Shown here in pieces: positions 58,786-64,000 of a DNA stretch of 64,000 nucleotides. How positions within the stretch are numbered: position 1 is the stretch's first letter; each line of letters begins with the position of its first letter. The position numbers and the translations under genes were made by a program. A model generated the notes under the pieces. The model was given only the letters and a program-made list of their open reading frames with translations, was not told where the DNA came from and did no database searches. The stretch is from a virus, in IMG/VR virus record IMGVR_UViG_3300021430_000595. The stretch is one strand, 5' to 3'.

Positions 58786-61236
58786 ATGGGATTACCAAAA
58801 AGAAAAACAAATATTAAAGTATACGGTGCAAATAAAAATACCGATGGTCCTGCGGTAGTTGGTAGAAGAAAAGAGTTATTAGAAGAAATAATAAAATCTG
58901 ACACTTTTCTACCTGATTCCATATTGCACGATGACCTCGATTTAGGTATGCTTGAATTTGTACAGGAAAACTTTAAAGTGATTTCTGATGGTGAACAAAT
59001 ACCTGTTATTCCAAAAATATTAACAATTCAAAGATGGGCGGAATATACAAATAATTGGTCTTTTTCTGATGATGATGGTAATATTAAGTTACCATTCGTT
59101 GCTGTTGTGAGAAAACCTGACGTTCAGTTAGGTACAAACCCGTCTATACAAAGAACAATACCCGATAGAAGAGATTTCTTTTATGCTTCAGTTCCAACAT
59201 GGGACGGTAATCAAATGGGTGCGGACATCTATAAAATACCTCAACCTATTGCAGTTGATATAAGTTTTGATGTAACAATTATATGTACTAAATTTAGAGA
59301 CATTAACAAGTTCAACCAAAAGGTTTTACAAAAATTCTCATCAAGACAAGCATACACAAGAGTTAAAGGACATTATATTCCAATTATTTTAGATAGGATT
59401 GAAGATAATACACCAATGGACACATTAGATGGTAGAAGATTTTATGTTCAAAATTATTCTTTCACCATGTTGGGATTCTTGATTGATGAAGAAGAATTCG
59501 ATGTTTCACCGGCAATTGCTAGGTCTATCTTAATGAGTGAGGTTGATACAAGAGCAACTAAATTAAGTAAAAAATCTAATCCAATAACTATTAGAAGTAA
59601 TTACTCAAGTGGTTCAATTATTGCAAATTATAGTGCAACATCATTATTTAAAGTGGATAAAACTATTAAGATTTCTTTTAATGATGTTTTAGAAAAAACA
59701 AATGGTGATGATGTGATTATACCTGTTGATATTTTCATTGATACGAATCAAATGTCAGGTACAACTCAATATGTGGTTAATGAAAATTATAATAACTTAA
59801 CATTTAATAATACGTTTAGTGGAATCACAATAGACTCAATAGGTAAGACAAAGTATAATTTCAGTTATCAAACAGAATCAACTTTTCAACCAATCATTAC
59901 TCCAACACCAACACCAACACCTAGCGTAACATCAACACCAACACCGTCGATAACCAATAGTGTTACACCAACTCCAAGTGTTACCCCATCGATAACCAAT
60001 AGTGTTACCCCGACTTCAAGTGTTACCCCATCAGTAACTCCGAGTATTACTCCGTCGATAACTAATAGTGTTACACCAACTCCGAGTACTACTCCATCGG
60101 TGACACCAACTATCACACCAACACCGAGCGTTACCAAAACCCCAACACCTTCCTCAATGGCGGATGATAAACTTTTAATTACGGGTGGATTTGGTACATA
60201 TAATGGTGCAATTCATAACAACATAGTTAAATTAAATTCAGATGGTTCTGTTGATAATACATTCAATAGTGGTACCGGATTTAATACTTTTTTAGAAAAT
60301 CACGTAGTTTATAACAATAAGATATATGGTACGGGATATTTTACATCATATAGTGGTTCAACATCTAATTATGTCGTTAGATTAAATTTAGATGGTTCAA
60401 TTGATAACACATTTAATATTGGAACAGGATTTAATAACATTACAAAATGTGTTGTTCCACAACCAGATGGTAAGTTGTTAATTGGTGGATTTTTTACATC
60501 GTATAGTGGTGATACATCAGCCACTAGAATAGTTAGGTTAAATTCCGATGGTAGTGTTGATAAAACATTTAGTGGTGCCACATCAACTATTTTATCATCG
60601 ACCGTTTATGATATCAGTTTACAATCAGATGGTAAAATGATTCTTTGTGGTGTTATGACTCTTAAAAGAATTGAAAGACTTAACCCTGATAAAAGCTACG
60701 ACGTTAGTTTTAATACAACAATAGGTGTTGGTTTTAATGCTCTAACATATATGTCATCAGTACAATCTGATGGTAAGATTGTTGTTGGTGGTGATTTTAC
60801 AACTTTCAGTGGAGTAACATCTAATAGAATAATAAGGTTAAATTCCGATGGTTCAATTGATAACACATTTAATATTGGAACAGGATTTAATAATGGTGTT
60901 TATTTTGTGTCAGCACTCTCAGATGGTAAAATAATGGTTGGAGGTAATTTCACTTCATATAATGGAACATCTGTGAATCGAATTGTAAGATTGAATTCGG
61001 ACGGTTCAATCGACAATACGTTTAATATTGGTACAGGATTTGATAATCAAGTGCTTAGTATTTATGTTCAGACAAATAGTAAAATATTGGTAAGTGGTAA
61101 TTTCACTTCATATAATGGAACATCTGTAGATAAAATTGTAAGATTGTTCTCTGATGGAACATTAGATACAACACTTAATACCGGCACAGGATTTAGTTCA
61201 GGGGCAACTGTTACAACAATAACACCAATACCGTAA
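58786..61236 (+). CDS. Tail terminator/sheath-stabiliser-like N-terminus fused to a PTS linker and Delta-60 repeat beta-propeller
   Basis: LPF..V.R; IPQP..VDI.FDV.I; repeats of QSDGK..VGG.FT.Y.G....[20 protein letters not shown]. Confidence 0.75.
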   Translation: MGLPKRKTNIKVYGANKNTDGPAVVGRRKELLEEIIKSDTFLPDSILHDDLDLGMLEFVQENFKVISDGEQIPVIPKILTIQRWAEYTNNWSFSDDDGNIKLPFVAVVRKPDVQLGTNPSIQRTIPDRRDFFYASVPTWDGNQMGADIYKIPQPIAVDISFDVTIICTKFRDINKFNQKVLQKFSSRQAYTRVKGHYIPIILDRIEDNTPMDTLDGRRFYVQNYSFTMLGFLIDEEEFDVSPAIARSILMSEVDTRATKLSKKSNPITIRSNYSSGSIIANYSATSLFKVDKTIKISFNDVLEKTNGDDVIIPVDIFIDTNQMSGTTQYVVNENYNNLTFNNTFSGITIDSIGKTKYNFSYQTESTFQPIITPTPTPTPSVTSTPTPSITNSVTPTPSVTPSITNSVTPTSSVTPSVTPSITPSITNSVTPTPSTTPSVTPTITPTPSVTKTPTPSSMADDKLLITGGFGTYNGAIHNNIVKLNSDGSVDNTFNSGTGFNTFLENHVVYNNKIYGTGYFTSYSGSTSNYVVRLNLDGSIDNTFNIGTGFNNITKCVVPQPDGKLLIGGFFTSYSGDTSATRIVRLNSDGSVDKTFSGATSTILSSTVYDISLQSDGKMILCGVMTLKRIERLNPDKSYDVSFNTTIGVGFNALTYMSSVQSDGKIVVGGDFTTFSGVTSNRIIRLNSDGSIDNTFNIGTGFNNGVYFVSALSDGKIMVGGNFTSYNGTSVNRIVRLNSDGSIDNTFNIGTGFDNQVLSIYVQTNSKILVSGNFTSYNGTSVDKIVRLFSDGTLDTTLNTGTGFSSGATVTTITPIP
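59896..60150 (+). repeat. Pro-Thr-Ser linker repeat
   Basis: [14 protein letters not shown] units. Confidence 0.85.
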
Positions 61237-61241
61237 AAAAT

Positions 61242-61469
61242 ATGACAATACAAGAATTTTTAAACGAAAAAACGTGTTCACATATTGAAATATGTGAAAA
61301 TTTAATAATTAATTTAGTTGTTGATGATGTGGTATACGGTATTAATGTCGACACATCCCATATCGAATCGTCATTAATTTTGGAAAGAACTGATAATTTT
61401 ATTATCGAGGGAAATTCTTTAATTAGTGGTAATATTGTTATTGATATTACATCAACAAATATGTTGTAA
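61242..61469 (+). CDS. Hypothetical protein
   Basis: 75-aa ORF directly after the propeller gene. Confidence 0.45.
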   Translation: MTIQEFLNEKTCSHIEICENLIINLVVDDVVYGINVDTSHIESSLILERTDNFIIEGNSLISGNIVIDITSTNML

Positions 61470-61646
61470 TTAATCTCCGTAGATATCCTTCTTCTTTGAT
61501 ATCTCATTAACCTTGTTTGGTTTACAAGTATCATCTATCCATTTTTGGATTACCTTATAAATTTTCAATCCGTTTTTGTCACAATACTCTTTGAGCATAT
61601 TGTGGTGCTTCTCACTAATCTTAACGTTTTTAAAGGGTTCTGACAT
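61470..61646 (-). CDS. 58-aa ribbon-helix-helix-like DNA-binding protein
   Basis: MSEPFKNVKISEKHHNMLKEYCDKNGLKIYKVIQKWIDD: a strand with alternating residues followed by two helices. Below the ORF-track cutoff. Confidence 0.65.
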   Translation of the reverse strand: MSEPFKNVKISEKHHNMLKEYCDKNGLKIYKVIQKWIDDTCKPNKVNEISKKKDIYGD

Positions 61647-61784
61647 ATCAAAGATAAATATAGATAGAAAAGGATAATTTACTATCCTTAAATATAATTT
61701 TTCGAAAAATCAAGGAAATCTTTGCTAAAAACAAAGATATTTATTGATAAAGAAATAAAATATTAACAACCAAACAATTTAAAA

Positions 61785-64000
61785 ATGGCAAATTCAAATA
61801 GAGTTTTTGTGTCTCCGGGTGTCTATACTTCGGAAAAGGATTTAACCTTCGTTGCACAAAGCGTTGGTGTAAGCACATTAGGTTTGGTGGGTGAAACCTT
61901 AAAAGGTCCCGCTTTTGAACCTATCCTAATAACAAGTTATGATGAATTTAGGTCATATTTTGGTAACACAAGTCCGTTGAAAGATGGAAATGGTAACCCA
62001 AAATATGAATTACCTTATTTCGCAAAATCATATTTAGAAGAATCGAATCAATTATTTGTAACAAGAATATTGGGTCTTACAGGTTACAAACCAGTTAAGA
62101 CATTCGGTATACAAACAATAGGGGGTATTGTTTTGGGTGATTACAGTGGTTCAACTAGTGGTACTACAGTTCCGACATTAACGGGCGTAACAGGAAGTAC
62201 ATTCTACACCGAATTATCTGATAAGGTATCGGTTGATGGTTCTTTCATTACAGATTACATCGTTTCAAATTATAGTGGTAACACATCGGCTCAACACGGT
62301 CAATGGTTCGTTATGGGTTTAGTACCTGATTCATCTATCGTAAGTTTAACCGCCTCACTTGAGGAAACTTCTCCTTTAACAGGTTTAAGTAACGCAACAA
62401 ACAATAACGGTAAAGAATGGTATAACGTACTTGTGAATAACACAAATGATGAAGTTTATTCTTACTTATTTGTTTACAATAGTGGAACATCAGAATTTGA
62501 TGTGACAAGATTTACATATGAAGCATCATTAAATACAGATTACGATGGTAAGGTTGTTGTGGCTTTCAGGTCAAGAGGTTCTTACTCAGGACAGGTTCTT
62601 AACTTAGAAGTAACAGGAAACACAAGTTTTGTAATTAGTGGTAGTGGTTTATCTGTAAACCCTCTATCTGAATTTACCGTGAATGTTACAGGTTCAACAA
62701 GTGGTGCTAAAACATTCACTTGTAGTATGGATAATACATCATCAAAATACGTAACAAAAGTATTTGGTACTGATGTATATGACAAATTAAGAAGTGAAGT
62801 TCCGGTTTATGTTTATGAATCATATCCAAACTTCCTATCTGAAGCATATAAACAAGGTTTTGTTAGAGGTTTAAGTTTAACTGAAGTGTTTGAAGATGAT
62901 GGTAACTCATTCTTAACAAGATGGGACACACCAATCTCTCCAACAGTAGTTTCTGAAGTTCGTGGTGGTGAAGTTGATGACCTATTTGATATAATCACAA
63001 TTTCAGATGGTGAGTCAGGTAATTATGAAGTTAAAATTTCAATTATCAATATTAACATTGATACAGCAGAATTCGACTTAATTGTTCGTGACTTTAATGA
63101 TACTGATGATAACTTAGTTGTTCTTGAAAAATTCTCAAGATGTTCAATGAATCCTGATTTACCGGGTTACGTTGCAAGAAAAATCGGTACTTCAGATGGT
63201 GAATATGAATTACGTTCAAGATACATTATGTTATCAATGTCACCTAATCACCCTGTAGATGCATATCCAGCTGGTTTCAAAGGATTCACTGCAAATACTT
63301 CTTTTGGTTCAGCGAAAACTTTAGGTTCGGTGATGTATAAAACAGAATTTTACGATGCCGGTGATACTATAGGTTACGAAGCAGACGGAACACCTATCAT
63401 ATCTTCAGGAGATAAAGTAAGAAGAACGTACTTTGGTTTATCAAATCAAGTAAATCAAGTGAGTTTTGATAGAGATTTATTCAAATTTAAAGGAACAAGT
63501 GCTGTAGGTTCTACGGATGGTTTCCACTTATCAACAAATGCATCAACTATCACAGGTACAACATATCAAACAACATCTTATGATTTAGAAGGTCAAACAG
63601 GTGTTGATAACGTACTAACAAACATTAACTACCGTAAATTTACATTGGCAGTTGGTGGAGGTTTTGACGGTTGGGACATTTATAGAAATGTTAGAACCTA
63701 CGGAGATGCTTATATCTTCGGTAAATCAACATATACAAGTGGTAACACAAACAATGGTGGGGTGTTCAACCCAACTGTTGGTAACTCAGATTATTACGCA
63801 TACCAACAAGGTATTGATGTGTTTTCAAATCCTGAAGCGGTTGATATCAATATATTTGCAACTCCGGGTATTAACTTCTATGACCATAGTTCATTAACAG
63901 CATACGCAATCGACATGATTGAAGAAGATAGAGCGGATTCATTATATGTAATGTCTTCACCTAACTTAACTACAGCTGATGAGGTTATAGATGCGTTAGA
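61785..64000 (+). CDS. Contractile tail sheath protein (gp18-like), truncated by the window end
   Basis: MANSNRVFVSPGVYTSEKDL...GLVGETLKGPAFEP...; NPEAVDINIFATPGI...RADSLY. Open to the end of the window; TATTTAT at 61738-61744. Confidence 0.93.
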   Translation, partial: MANSNRVFVSPGVYTSEKDLTFVAQSVGVSTLGLVGETLKGPAFEPILITSYDEFRSYFGNTSPLKDGNGNPKYELPYFAKSYLEESNQLFVTRILGLTGYKPVKTFGIQTIGGIVLGDYSGSTSGTTVPTLTGVTGSTFYTELSDKVSVDGSFITDYIVSNYSGNTSAQHGQWFVMGLVPDSSIVSLTASLEETSPLTGLSNATNNNGKEWYNVLVNNTNDEVYSYLFVYNSGTSEFDVTRFTYEASLNTDYDGKVVVAFRSRGSYSGQVLNLEVTGNTSFVISGSGLSVNPLSEFTVNVTGSTSGAKTFTCSMDNTSSKYVTKVFGTDVYDKLRSEVPVYVYESYPNFLSEAYKQGFVRGLSLTEVFEDDGNSFLTRWDTPISPTVVSEVRGGEVDDLFDIITISDGESGNYEVKISIININIDTAEFDLIVRDFNDTDDNLVVLEKFSRCSMNPDLPGYVARKIGTSDGEYELRSRYIMLSMSPNHPVDAYPAGFKGFTANTSFGSAKTLGSVMYKTEFYDAGDTIGYEADGTPIISSGDKVRRTYFGLSNQVNQVSFDRDLFKFKGTSAVGSTDGFHLSTNASTITGTTYQTTSYDLEGQTGVDNVLTNINYRKFTLAVGGGFDGWDIYRNVRTYGDAYIFGKSTYTSGNTNNGGVFNPTVGNSDYYAYQQGIDVFSNPEAVDINIFATPGINFYDHSSLTAYAIDMIEEDRADSLYVMSSPNLTTADEVIDAL

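Noticed and set aside
239-63897. Short antisense or alternate-frame ORFs in the track (e.g. 239-562, 5391-5720, 16526-16930, 24777-25241, 38846-39205, 59886-60137, 62582-62785, 63652-63897)
   Set aside because: They shadow well-supported genes, mirror their low-complexity codon patterns and lack motifs or initiation signals
1-64000. Alternative genetic code (stop-codon reassignment)
   Set aside because: Core genes (terminase, portal, capsid, PolB, sheath) are full length in the standard code and coding density is high
1-64000. tRNA genes, rRNA or a CRISPR array
   Set aside because: No cloverleaf/T-loop patterns or repeat-spacer arrays were seen by eye, and intergenic gaps are short. A tRNAscan-SE run would confirm

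Overview
This is a 64 kb segment of a large, AT-rich, T4-like tailed (myovirus-type) phage. The host is most likely in Bacteroidota: the window has TAnnTTTG promoters, Gln-after-signal-peptide proteins, a T9SS C-terminal sorting domain, a Bacteroidota-type bS21 and few Shine-Dalgarno sites. Layout: (i) a leader-peptide/attenuator-like element at the left edge; (ii) an 8-gene cell-envelope cluster with a CsgG-like pore, a beta-barrel, a T9SS substrate with cohesin/dockerin-like modules and a C-type lectin; (iii) an RNA-repair operon (kinase, Rnl1 ligase, cyclic-phosphate receiver domain) with a GIY-YIG endonuclease inserted; (iv) N-domain-less ClpC, Hsp20, KTSC and a nucleotidyltransferase; (v) the head module (terminase, portal, bS21, prohead protease, scaffold, gp23-type capsid); (vi) dCMP deaminase, an HNH endonuclease and baseplate-like genes; (vii) a gp55-like sigma factor next to three glycosyltransferases, PhoH, dUTPase and degenerate HAD/HD proteins; (viii) WYL and repeat proteins, virion fibre-like genes, PolB, neck genes, an SNF2 helicase and the tail sheath, which runs off the right end. 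The best candidates for undescribed biology are the phage-encoded host-surface display cluster, a recurring [S/T]-G-x-T motif in exterior virion proteins that may be a target of the phage glycosyltransferases, and the attenuator. All family assignments come from motif recognition by eye; no database searches were run.
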